Source: Actinomycetota bacterium
GTDB taxonomy: Bacteria > Actinomycetota > Coriobacteriia > Anaerosomatales > PHET01
Length of the DNA stretch: 64,000 nt
NCBI GenBank assembly: GCA_029265315.1
Contig: JAJUJM010000007.1
Coordinates: forward strand, 27,270 to 91,269
Direction of reading: 5' to 3'
The notes under the pieces were generated by a model that saw nothing but the letters and a program-made list of their open reading frames with translations, did no database searches and was not told where the DNA came from. Numbering within the stretch: position 1 is the stretch's first letter; the number at the start of each line of letters is the position of its first letter. Made by a program: the position numbers and the translations under genes. Positions 42,101-49,977 of the stretch are shown here, one piece after another.

Positions 42101-44319
42101 CATCCCGTATTCGAGTCCAGAAAATCCACCGCGTTGATGCTCGATGTCGTGCCCGACGACTGGGCCACCCAGGTCGTGCCGTTGGTGGTGGCACGAATCG
42201 TGCCGGCAGCACCCACGGCCCACCCCTGTGTGGCGCTCACGAAGTCGACGCCGAGAAGGTCCTGTGTCGTACCCGAGGCAAGCAGCACCCATTCGAGCCC
42301 ATCGGCGGTCCGGACGATGACGCCGCCATTGCCCACCGCCCAGCCATTCAAGACATCTGCCAGTGCTACCGCATTGAGCTGAGCAGCCGTGCCGTAGCTG
42401 ATGTCCTGCCAGTTGGCGCCCCCGTCATCGGTCCTGCGGACGAGACCACCTGCCCCGACGAGCCAGCCGTTGCTGGCTCCGACAGCTGAGACGCCGTTGA
42501 TGTTGGCGGTGGTACCCGAGTTCTGTGCTGTCCATGTGACGCCCCCGTTGGTCGTGCGCAGAACCACGCCACCTGTGCCGACGGCCCACCCTGCGCCCGA
42601 AGCATCCATTGCCACGCCATAGAAGGAGCCAGCCGGGTTGGTCGCGGCGTTCCAAGTGGCGCCACCATTGGTGGTGTAGCGAATGACGTTGTTGGTGCTT
42701 CCGACCACCACGCCGTTGTCTGCATCCGTGAAGTAGACATCCCTAAGATAACTCGTCGCCCCGAGCGGCTGGGCCACCCACGTCAGACCGCCATCGGTCG
42801 TCTTACGGATGGTGTTCGTCTGACCGACCGCCCAACCTGTGTTCGCGTCGACGAAGAACACGTCGGTCAGATTGACGGCGGTACCCATGGTCATCGTCGT
42901 CCAAGTGGAACCGCCGTCGGTCGTCTTCAAACCGATGCCACCGGCGCCGACCGCATACGCGGTCTGCGAGGTGACGGCAGAGATGGCATTCAGCGTGACC
43001 GTTGTCCCGGAGTTCTGCGACGCCCACGTGTCGCCGCCGTTCGTCGTGCGCCTGATGCGTCCTGTTCCGCCTACGACCCAACCGTACTGCGAATCGGCGA
43101 AGTCGATGCCCTGCCACGCTGTCGCACCGCCCGCCGAGCGATTGAGCCACGTCACGCCTCCGTCGACGGTCTTCATGATGAGTCCGCTCGCACCGGCGGC
43201 CCAACCTGTCATTGTGTCGAGGAAGTACACGTCGTTGATTGTCAGCGTCGTGCCCGGCGCTTGGTTGAGCCAGCTCACGCCGGCGTCCGTCGTGCGCAGC
43301 ATCGTGCCGGTCGTGCCGACCACTTGGGCGTTCGAGGCGTCGAACAACGCCACCGAGTACAACGTGGGCGTCGCCACGCCGTACTGGCTGGCGCTCCACG
43401 TCGCTCCGCCATCGGTCGTGTAGAGGATGTTACCGCCGCTTCCCACGATCCAGCCGGTGTTCGCGTCAGCGAACGCCACGCTGTAGAAGACTGTCGTACC
43501 GGCGACCGGCACGGTCTGTGTGGTCCATGTCGACCCGCCATCGGTCGTCTTGAGAACGGTTGCGGACGCACCCACTGAGTAACCGACGTTCGTGTCGACG
43601 AAATCGACCCCGAACAGGTTCGCGGTCAACCCCGCGGGCGGCGCGACGGTGGTCCACGTCGAACCGTCAGCTGTTCGCACGATCGTAGCAGCGTTGCCCA
43701 CCGCCCAAGCGTGTGTCGTCGATACCGAATCGACTCCGTTGAGCTGCTGCGTGGTGCCTGAAGCCTGACCGACCCACGACGCGCCCCCTGACGTGGTGGC
43801 CCGGATCGTGCCCGTCTGCCCGACGACCCACCCCGTCGAGGCGTTGGCGAACCTCACGCCGTACAGGTTCAGAGCCGTTCCGGATGTCTGCGTGGTCCAG
43901 CTCGAACCGCCGTCACTCGTCGCCCTGATAGTCCCGCCCAGACCCACCAGCCAGCCCGTGCTCGCATCAACGAAATCAACGGCCCTCAGCTGCGCCTGGG
44001 AGTTCGGGTCCTGAGCCGCCCACGTGACTCCGGCGTCATTGGAGTACAGCACGACACCCGGCGTGCCGACCGCCCACACGTTCGACGTGCCCGCTGTCGT
44101 GACACCGTAGAGCGTGTTGCCCTGTGGGAGCGGATTCTGCCAGTACCACGCCCTCTGCCCGGTAGGAGCCGTCGACAGCAGCGCGGAGGCGACGAAGGGC
44201 GCAACGACCAAGGCCGCTGTCAACACGCCAGCGACTATCACCTGTGGCAGTCCCCTATGCCGGTCAGGCTGCCTGCTGATAGACCCAGTCCCGTCTCCCG
44301 ATGGGCACGACGAACCCAC
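39196..44319 (-). CDS. giant exported multiheme c-type cytochrome (21 Asp-box/YCF48 repeats, Ig-like and FN3 domains, 11 heme motifs)
   Basis: Signal/TM segment VIVAGVLTAALVVAPFVASA; WYWQNPLPQGN; T-x-D/N-G-G-x-T-W repeats; FN3-like VRAYDVAGN and YRVAAVD; 10 CxxCH plus one CTAGGCH; start uncertain. Confidence 0.9.
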   Translation of the reverse strand: MGSSCPSGDGTGSISRQPDRHRGLPQVIVAGVLTAALVVAPFVASALLSTAPTGQRAWYWQNPLPQGNTLYGVTTAGTSNVWAVGTPGVVLYSNDAGVTWAAQDPNSQAQLRAVDFVDASTGWLVGLGGTIRATSDGGSSWTTQTSGTALNLYGVRFANASTGWVVGQTGTIRATTSGGASWVGQASGTTQQLNGVDSVSTTHAWAVGNAATIVRTADGSTWTTVAPPAGLTANLFGVDFVDTNVGYSVGASATVLKTTDGGSTWTTQTVPVAGTTVFYSVAFADANTGWIVGSGGNILYTTDGGATWSASQYGVATPTLYSVALFDASNAQVVGTTGTMLRTTDAGVSWLNQAPGTTLTINDVYFLDTMTGWAAGASGLIMKTVDGGVTWLNRSAGGATAWQGIDFADSQYGWVVGGTGRIRRTTNGGDTWASQNSGTTVTLNAISAVTSQTAYAVGAGGIGLKTTDGGSTWTTMTMGTAVNLTDVFFVDANTGWAVGQTNTIRKTTDGGLTWVAQPLGATSYLRDVYFTDADNGVVVGSTNNVIRYTTNGGATWNAATNPAGSFYGVAMDASGAGWAVGTGGVVLRTTNGGVTWTAQNSGTTANINGVSAVGASNGWLVGAGGLVRRTDDGGANWQDISYGTAAQLNAVALADVLNGWAVGNGGVIVRTADGLEWVLLASGTTQDLLGVDFVSATQGWAVGAAGTIRATTNGTTWVAQSSGTTSSINAVDFLDSNTGWYAAGDATLGRTTDGGSTWTTQTPSSIATSVALNGISFADANTGWAVGGVAGQPAAVLKTVDGGSTWTTQTTSLPVGRILRAVSAVDTQTAWAVGDTGTLIRTTDGGTTWTTVPTGVTAALNAIRFEDALNGWYVGASSGVVSVVRRTTDGGATWTLQNPGTATTLRAVDFASPDQGVIVGLAGTILRTTDASAPETTVTLDPADPDGTNGWYLTSPDVSFSTTEPAITYYSLNGVSGPWTTYSTPFTMTREGTITIAYYSIDPGGNRETTRTVVVKHDRGAPTTPTLLAASVTSTTATLTWAPSYDTTSGVAYYEVLQDGSVVGTSAVPAITLTGLTPETETTFTVRAYDVAGNVSGESDPAESFTLGELPRPPAIVFARTAYRNAVYLNWGETTGTVGPVAYRIYRALDGGPYSLVATVPVSYPGSWVDTSLVAPVLASYRVAVTDARGEGTASAEATSAVTTLTALPAPIGLRAHAATAGVETSWTALPGATGYLLYRSTTSTGAPSLITSPAISATSYLDTTTAIDTDYWYRVAAVDSSGVVGATGLGVFVHTLSDDVTDSPHGEYDPFTDDCALCHRSHTSANSLALLTTPGDNEIALCLSCHDGTSAPDVFDDFSDPAMTSRHPVSVENTVTVLRCGQCHTPHNDNGGPELGKLLYAPGGVRTGNAICYACHGVATTLPRGDMTVFESSGHRASVPAPADAVEVVCLACHRGHATRESALVPYSADQRCVWCHSAAYSLPGAADVAASLSGADSTTRHDLLEADQTTNGSMITCANCHEPHVSAPGTPTVDPDDPSTAGGWTGTVVGLCLRCHDTELPTSAETSGWAPVPLGPGGSATVSNIATTWATAAHGEAVSSPSHLRPDMNYAPGDPLSCEVCHDPHGSSNRWGLAESVAASGTPVVVDGLTVVPVGSGADLRFFCGSCHIVGPTTHPDATEGGADLTVWPIDCTAGGCHAHAGTGL

Positions 44320-44625
44320 CCACTCCCCGGTACGCGACAGACACGACTGGATGGGGGTGGGAATCTTGTGTCCCAGTGTAGCATCTGAGCACGCGAAACG
44401 GGGCCTTTCAGGTGCGAGAACCCACCGTTGGTCCCGAAATGTCACTCGTGTTGCATCAATCCGACGAACCGCTCTGGCCGGAATCTGACGAACGGTTGAA
44501 GTCGGGCGACAGCCGATATCCCTTTGCCGCGCGCACAGCACCCGCGATTTCTGGGATACTCGCATGGTGGACGGCGACATCGGGCGCCTCGCCACTCGAA
44601 GACCTCGGCTGATGGGAGATACGCG

Positions 44626-45345
44626 ATGGCACAGGCGGAACCCAGGCGCGGTGACGCGCTCCAGCTCATCTTCTCGTTCTTCCTGGGAATCCTTCTCGTG
44701 GTCGTGGTAGGCGTGGGCGTCTGGACGTTCTACGAACAGCCTTTCGGCCCCAACTCGCCCGAACAGGAGCGACTCGAAGAGCTGTACAAGCAGCAGGAAC
44801 AGATCAACATGCGCACCGGCGGCAAGGAGATGACGCCGGCCGACCAGGCCGAGATGAAGAAGATCCAAGACGAGGTCGACAGGATCAACGACGACATGAG
44901 TGACCGTCGCGACCAGTGGGCGGTCAACACGAGCATCATCCTCATCATCTTCGCCACGGTCCTCATGGCGATATCGCTCTTCCTGCCCGAGATGCTGCGC
45001 GTGTTCAGCAACGGATTCCTGCTGGGAGGCATGTTCACGCTCATCTACGGCACCGGTTGGTCGTTCGCAGGCGGCGATACACGTGCGCGCTTCTGGGTTG
45101 TGCTTGTGGCGCTCATCCTGAGCGTCGGTATCGGCTATCTGCGCTTCATCCTGGGCAGGCAGCAGAAAGCCGAAGCGGCCGCGCTGGCTGCGGCTGGTGG
45201 GGCGGGCGCGGGCATCGCGGCAGGCGCGGTGCTCACGGCCGACTCCGACGCGCTCTCAGACCTCGCGGCACGCGTGACCGAGCTCGAGCGCCGAGCTGCC
45301 GCTGCGGCAGCGGCCCTCGGAGCGAACACAGACCGCGAAAAGTGA
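44626..45345 (+). CDS. hypothetical membrane protein (4 TM, periplasmic coiled coil)
   Basis: RBS GGGAG, hydrophobic helices, GC-rich third codon positions. Confidence 0.8.
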   Translation: MAQAEPRRGDALQLIFSFFLGILLVVVVGVGVWTFYEQPFGPNSPEQERLEELYKQQEQINMRTGGKEMTPADQAEMKKIQDEVDRINDDMSDRRDQWAVNTSIILIIFATVLMAISLFLPEMLRVFSNGFLLGGMFTLIYGTGWSFAGGDTRARFWVVLVALILSVGIGYLRFILGRQQKAEAAALAAAGGAGAGIAAGAVLTADSDALSDLAARVTELERRAAAAAAALGANTDREK

Positions 45346-45368
45346 GTGCGGAGGTCAGCCTTAGCGAG

Positions 45369-46271
45369 CTACACCCCGGCCTCGTGACGCGCGACAAGGC
45401 CCGACCAGCGGTCATCGACCCACTCCTGGACCTCGGCGATCGTCTCCTCGGACACGCCACGGAACCGGCTCTGCCCTGCCATGTACTCGGCGACACTCGC
45501 CTTGAGCCCTGACTTCGCAAGCGCGGCGCTGCGCCCGGTGAGTCGGAACACGCCGTCGGCGACCTCGTAGAGCGCGACGAGCCCGGCATCGACCGCCAGC
45601 CTGCCGTAACGCACGCTGTCTTTCGGGTCGAAGCCCCAGCCGCTCGGACATGGCAGGTTCATGTGCACGTAACGCAGGCCCGCGCGACCGTTCGCCGCCA
45701 CGATCTTGTCGTGCAGGTCCTCGGGGAACACCGCGCTCGCGGACGCGACGTAACCGACATCGTGGGCCTCAACGATGGCGAGCACGTCCTTCGGGTTCTC
45801 GCGCTTGCCCGACCACGTCGTCGTGGTGCGTGCGCCGTGCGGCGTCGAACCCGAGCGCTGCGTGCCCGTGTTCATGTACGCCTCATTGTCGTAGCAGATG
45901 TAGATGAAGTCCTCGTTCCGCTCGGCGGCGCCGGACAGCGCCTGGATGCCGATGTCGGCGGTTCCGCCATCACCCGCCATCGCCACAACCGTCATCTCGT
46001 CTGCGCGGCCGGTGGCGCGCAGGCCCGCCGCGATACCGCTCGCGGTTGCCGCCGTTGAAGGGAACGCGCAGTTCACCCACGGGATGGCGAGCGACGAGAT
46101 CGGGTACATGCCGCCGAGCACGGTGAGGCAGCTCGCCGGGTTGACGAGCACCATGCGCCCGTCGAGCGCGGCGGTGATGCGGCGCAGCGCGATGCCGAGC
46201 GGGCACCCCGCGCAGGCCCGGTTGCCGGGCAGGACGTGGCCGGTGTCGGGCAGGTCGGTGATGCGCGTCAT
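45369..46271 (-). CDS. porB: 2-oxoacid:ferredoxin oxidoreductase beta subunit (TPP-binding)
   Basis: ACAGC, GDGGTADIG...YDNEAYMNTG, CPSGW. Confidence 0.93.
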   Translation of the reverse strand: MTRITDLPDTGHVLPGNRACAGCPLGIALRRITAALDGRMVLVNPASCLTVLGGMYPISSLAIPWVNCAFPSTAATASGIAAGLRATGRADEMTVVAMAGDGGTADIGIQALSGAAERNEDFIYICYDNEAYMNTGTQRSGSTPHGARTTTTWSGKRENPKDVLAIVEAHDVGYVASASAVFPEDLHDKIVAANGRAGLRYVHMNLPCPSGWGFDPKDSVRYGRLAVDAGLVALYEVADGVFRLTGRSAALAKSGLKASVAEYMAGQSRFRGVSEETIAEVQEWVDDRWSGLVARHEAGV

Positions 46272-47521
46272 CAGCTTACGCTCTTTTCGGCCAGTCCCAG
46301 CCACTCGGTGCTGGCGGCGTCGATGGCGGCGGACGGCGCGGCAGGGGCACCCGCGGTCGGTGTGGCCATCGCCCGGCGCACTGCATCCACCAGCTCCGAG
46401 ACCGGGACATCGCGCCCACCGAGGCCGCACACGACACCGTGTACACGGGGGGCTTCCTCGCGTCCGAACAGCGCGGTTTTGATGTCGCCCGCGATGGGGC
46501 CCTCGTAGCCGTAACTCATCGCCTTGTCGAAGACGATGGCGAGCGCCCTGCCCGCCAGGCGCGCGGCGATCTCGTCGGCCGGGAACGGCCGGTAGCAGCG
46601 AATGCCGAGCACGCCCGCGGCGATTCGGGCGTCACGCAACTCGTCGGCAGCCACGGTGAGCTGCGTCGCGAGCGACCCCGCCGCCACGAGCACGATGTCG
46701 GCGTCGTCGAGCCGGTAGTCCCACGTGAGACCGCCCCAGTCACGGCCGGTGGCGGCGGCCCAGTCGGCGTTCGCGCGCTCGACCGCCTCGGCGGCGGCGA
46801 GGAGCGCGCGCTGGTGGTCGGCGCGGATCTCGAAGTAGCCGCCGTGCGGCTCGCCGTCCGCGTCGGCGCGCGGCGCCGCCATGACAACCGGGCCTACGTT
46901 GCGCGGATCGGCGGGGTCGACGACCTGCAGCGGCGCGGGGCGCGGCGGCAGGAACGCGTCGACGGTAGCGGCGTCGGGCACGTCGACCGGCATCATCGTG
47001 TGCGACAGCAGGAATCCGTCGTAGCACACCATCACCGGCAGGTCGCACTCCTCGGCGATGCGGAACGCCTGCACCGTCGTGTCGAGGATCTCGGAGTTGT
47101 CGCGACAGTACAGCTGCACCCAGCCCGCGTCGCGCACGCTCATCGAGTCCTGCTGGTCGTTCAGGACGTTCCACGGCGCGGCCATCGCACGGTTCGCGAT
47201 GCACATGACGATGGGGAGGCGAGCACCCGCCGCCCACCACACCTGCTCGGTCATGTAGGCGAGCCCGTTCGCCGAGGTGGCGGTGAACGCGCGGGCGCCG
47301 ACGGTCGAGGCACCGATGCACACGGAGAGCGCCGAATGCTCGGACTCGACCGCGACGAACTCGGCGGGCAGCTCGCCTGACTCGACCCAGGCCGAGATCG
47401 TCTCGACGACAGGTGACTGCGGCGTGATCGGATACGCGGCGACGACCTGCACCCGCGCGAGCTTCGCGGCGGTGGCTGCGGCCTCGTTGCCGGTCATGAC
47501 GGTGGTGGTCATGGTCCTCAT
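46271..47521 (-). CDS. porA: 2-oxoacid:ferredoxin oxidoreductase alpha subunit
   Basis: GNEAAA, AYPITPQ, VESEHSA, DGFLLSH, RPFP, GLGGRD. Confidence 0.93.
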   Translation of the reverse strand: MRTMTTTVMTGNEAAATAAKLARVQVVAAYPITPQSPVVETISAWVESGELPAEFVAVESEHSALSVCIGASTVGARAFTATSANGLAYMTEQVWWAAGARLPIVMCIANRAMAAPWNVLNDQQDSMSVRDAGWVQLYCRDNSEILDTTVQAFRIAEECDLPVMVCYDGFLLSHTMMPVDVPDAATVDAFLPPRPAPLQVVDPADPRNVGPVVMAAPRADADGEPHGGYFEIRADHQRALLAAAEAVERANADWAAATGRDWGGLTWDYRLDDADIVLVAAGSLATQLTVAADELRDARIAAGVLGIRCYRPFPADEIAARLAGRALAIVFDKAMSYGYEGPIAGDIKTALFGREEAPRVHGVVCGLGGRDVPVSELVDAVRRAMATPTAGAPAAPSAAIDAASTEWLGLAEKSVS

Positions 47522-47838
47522 TCGGCCCCCTCGGGAAGCTCGCAGACGCCGTGCTCAGCCTCCGGCTGCATCGCGATCGACCCCGTCGGGCACACCTCGG
47601 CGCAGATGCCACACCCCTTGCAGTACTCGAGGTCGATCACGGGCGGCACGCCTCGCGCGATCGATGCGTCGGGGCAGTACACCCAGCAGATCTGGCAGCT
47701 CTCTCGGCCCTGCTTGACCGCCGAGCATGTGGCGGCCTCGAGCACCGGGCGCTTGCTGCGCCAGTCGCCGGTTCGCCCTGCCTCGCCCTCCGCCGGGCGC
47801 GACTGGCTGATCTCGGCGTATCGCAAGCGGTCACTCAT
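47518..47838 (-). CDS. porD: 2-oxoacid:ferredoxin oxidoreductase delta subunit (2x[4Fe-4S])
   Basis: TGDWRSKRP, CQICWVYCP, YCKGCGICAEVCP. Confidence 0.9.
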   Translation of the reverse strand: MSDRLRYAEISQSRPAEGEAGRTGDWRSKRPVLEAATCSAVKQGRESCQICWVYCPDASIARGVPPVIDLEYCKGCGICAEVCPTGSIAMQPEAEHGVCELPEGAE

Positions 47839-48367
47839 GCCCGTCACCTTCCGGCGCGCCATGCGAGCCCCTCAGGTATATGGCGAGCGCGAGGATCACA
47901 AACCCTGTGCTGCCACCGATGTAGAGCAGGTCGAGGTACTCCTTGATCTCAATCGCCTTGCCCAAGAACAGGACGGCCAGCACCACGATGACCACGGACA
48001 CGAGTCGGTTCTTGAGGTCGTCTAGGTCGTTGAATTGGAGCCACGCCGGCAACGGAAGACTGGCGTCGATGAACAACTCGTAAAGACCGAGGCTGATGAT
48101 GTAGAGCACGATTGACAGCAGAAACAGGTCGGCGATCTCGATGAACGCGACGAGGACCTCTTTCAGGGAGAGCGGCTCGGTGCCGACACCGAGGACGCCC
48201 GTGACGACCTTGATCGTGTCGATACCGCCGACCACGACGAGCGTGACCGCCGCGAGCAGCAATCCGATAACGGGGATGATCACGATGACCCGTGTCCACG
48301 CCCCCGCGACGCGCACCATGCGCGAAGCCCGTCCCTTGCGCTGCGGATACTCCTTGACGTCAGCCAA
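47831..48367 (-). CDS. YqhA (UPF0114) family membrane protein
   Basis: IEIADLFLL, GLYELFID, WLQFNDLDDLKNRL; TTG start after RBS, overlapping both neighbours. Confidence 0.85.
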   Translation of the reverse strand: MADVKEYPQRKGRASRMVRVAGAWTRVIVIIPVIGLLLAAVTLVVVGGIDTIKVVTGVLGVGTEPLSLKEVLVAFIEIADLFLLSIVLYIISLGLYELFIDASLPLPAWLQFNDLDDLKNRLVSVVIVVLAVLFLGKAIEIKEYLDLLYIGGSTGFVILALAIYLRGSHGAPEGDGHE

Positions 48368-48941
48368 CAATGCTCCCTTCGGATGTGCACTCATATGCGA
48401 TGCGGGCGGCCTCTGCGTTCTTGGCAGCCGCGCTACCCGCGAACATCGCGCCGATCGCCGCCTCGACGGCCTCCATGGTGACGAGACCCGTCGCCTTCGC
48501 CACGCTGCCGAGGATGGCCGCGCTCACGACCGGCGTCCCGCCGACGATGACCCCCGCCGCCTCGGCCGCACCGGTGACGTCGGCGGCCACGACGCGCGTG
48601 TCGCTGGAGACCCCGAGCTCGGGAACCGGCTTCACGGTGTTGACGATGAGTGTGGCGCCGGGCTTGAGGCCGGCCAGCGCACCGCCCACCGCGAGAAGCG
48701 AGTCGTCGAGCACGATGGCGACATCGGGTTCGGTCACCGCCGAGTAGACACGCACCGGTTCGTTCGCCAGCCGCGTGGATGCTGTGACCGGAGCGCCACG
48801 GCGCTCGGCGCCGAACGACGGCATACTGGTGACCCCGGCCCAGCCGCTGCGGAACGCGGCGTCGGCCAGGAGTTTCGCGCTCGTGACGGCGCCTTGCCCA
48901 CCGCGGCCGTGCCAGCGGATCTCATGAGACGTGCCGGTCAT
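48360..48941 (-). CDS. porC: 2-oxoacid:ferredoxin oxidoreductase gamma subunit
   Basis: EIRWHGRGGQGAVT, FGAERRGAP. Confidence 0.93.
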   Translation of the reverse strand: MTGTSHEIRWHGRGGQGAVTSAKLLADAAFRSGWAGVTSMPSFGAERRGAPVTASTRLANEPVRVYSAVTEPDVAIVLDDSLLAVGGALAGLKPGATLIVNTVKPVPELGVSSDTRVVAADVTGAAEAAGVIVGGTPVVSAAILGSVAKATGLVTMEAVEAAIGAMFAGSAAAKNAEAARIAYECTSEGSIVG

Positions 48942-49079
48942 CTTCGCCGATCCCACCCATCGCTCGCCGGGCCACCACGGAAGAACATGGCGTCCGGCCC
49001 CTCGCCGCACGCCTTGCCGAAGTATAGCGGTCGATGCCCTCGCGCCACCCTTCGTCTGCGACCTGATTCCCTGCGGAGG

Positions 49080-49355
49080 CTACTTCTTCTTCGCTTTCGC
49101 GGCCTTCGCGTGCGACGACCCGTCGCAGTAGGGTGGCGTCTTCGTCAACCCGCAGTTGCAGATGGCGACCTTGGCGGACTTCTTCAGCTCGAACTTCACG
49201 GGCTTACCGCCCTTGCACGTGCCATCGCACCACGGCACCTTCTTCGTCTTACCGCACCCGCACCACTTGTGCTTGCCCTTGTCGAGCTTGACCTCGAGGG
49301 GGTATCCGTCCTTGCCCTTGTCGTGTACGAATCGCTCGCCCTTGGCGTCTGCCAC
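49080..49355 (-). CDS. double CDGSH-type [2Fe-2S] protein with non-canonical motifs
   Basis: RBS GGAGGGAG; WCGCGKTKKVPWCDGTC and ICNCGLTKTPPYCDGSSH. Confidence 0.85.
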   Translation of the reverse strand: MADAKGERFVHDKGKDGYPLEVKLDKGKHKWCGCGKTKKVPWCDGTCKGGKPVKFELKKSAKVAICNCGLTKTPPYCDGSSHAKAAKAKKK

Positions 49356-49422
49356 TTCGGACTCCCTCCTCGGACGTACCGCTGAGCTGATCGCAGCTGA
49401 CTGCGTGGAGTGTACCCACCCC

Positions 49423-49977
49423 ATGACGAATCTCATGGACCTGTCGCGTATCGACACATCGGCGGGCTCACTGGGAACGCCGCCACTCATGGACTTCTCG
49501 GCCGTGGCCTCGAGTGCACTCGCTGAGCTCGCGCTCCACGCGAAGGCGAAAAGCCAGACGCTCACGGCCCACGTCGAGGACGGCCTCATCGTCCGCTCCC
49601 GTGACTACGAGCTATGCCAGGTCATCGATAACCTCGTGAACAACGCGATCCGTTACACCCACGCCAACGGCCGTATCGATGTCGCACTCCGAACCGAAAC
49701 GGACGACACGGGTTCGACCTGGGCGGCGTTCGAGGTCACCGACAACGGCTTGGGAATCCCCCACGGGGATCTCGACCGCGTCTTCGAGCGGTTCTATCGC
49801 GTCGACAAGGCACGATCGCGCGCGACCGGCGGCGCCGGCCTTGGCCTGAGCATCGTCCGCACCGCCGCGCGTGCCTTGGGAGGAGAAGCCACCGCGAGCA
49901 GCATCCAAGGCGCCGGCTCGACCTTCACTGTTCGTGTCCCGTGCGCCGACCTGGAATCCGCACAGGCAGACGGCTGA
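49423..49977 (+). pseudogene. orphan histidine kinase HATPase fragment (no H-box or sensor)
   Basis: Starts at the end of HisKA (NLMDLSRID); NLVNNAIRYT, DNGLGIP, FERFYRVDKARSR, GAGLGL. Confidence 0.6.

Noticed and set aside
41530-44150. Repeat-like DNA suggesting a CRISPR or tandem array
   Set aside because: Repeats are degenerate, in frame and explained by protein Asp-box blades; there are no identical repeats with spacers
44340-44560. Possible c-di-GMP-I riboswitch upstream of the cytochrome (GGCAAA seen on the minus strand)
   Set aside because: The GNRA-capped P2 and the GCAAAG...P3 receptor elements could not be found; an Rfam scan would settle it
44320-44868. N-terminal ~180 aa of the 1890-aa ORF in the track
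   Set aside because: Overlaps the divergent membrane-protein gene and the promoter region (TACACT -10); the signal-like segment only begins near 44250, so this is a spurious extension
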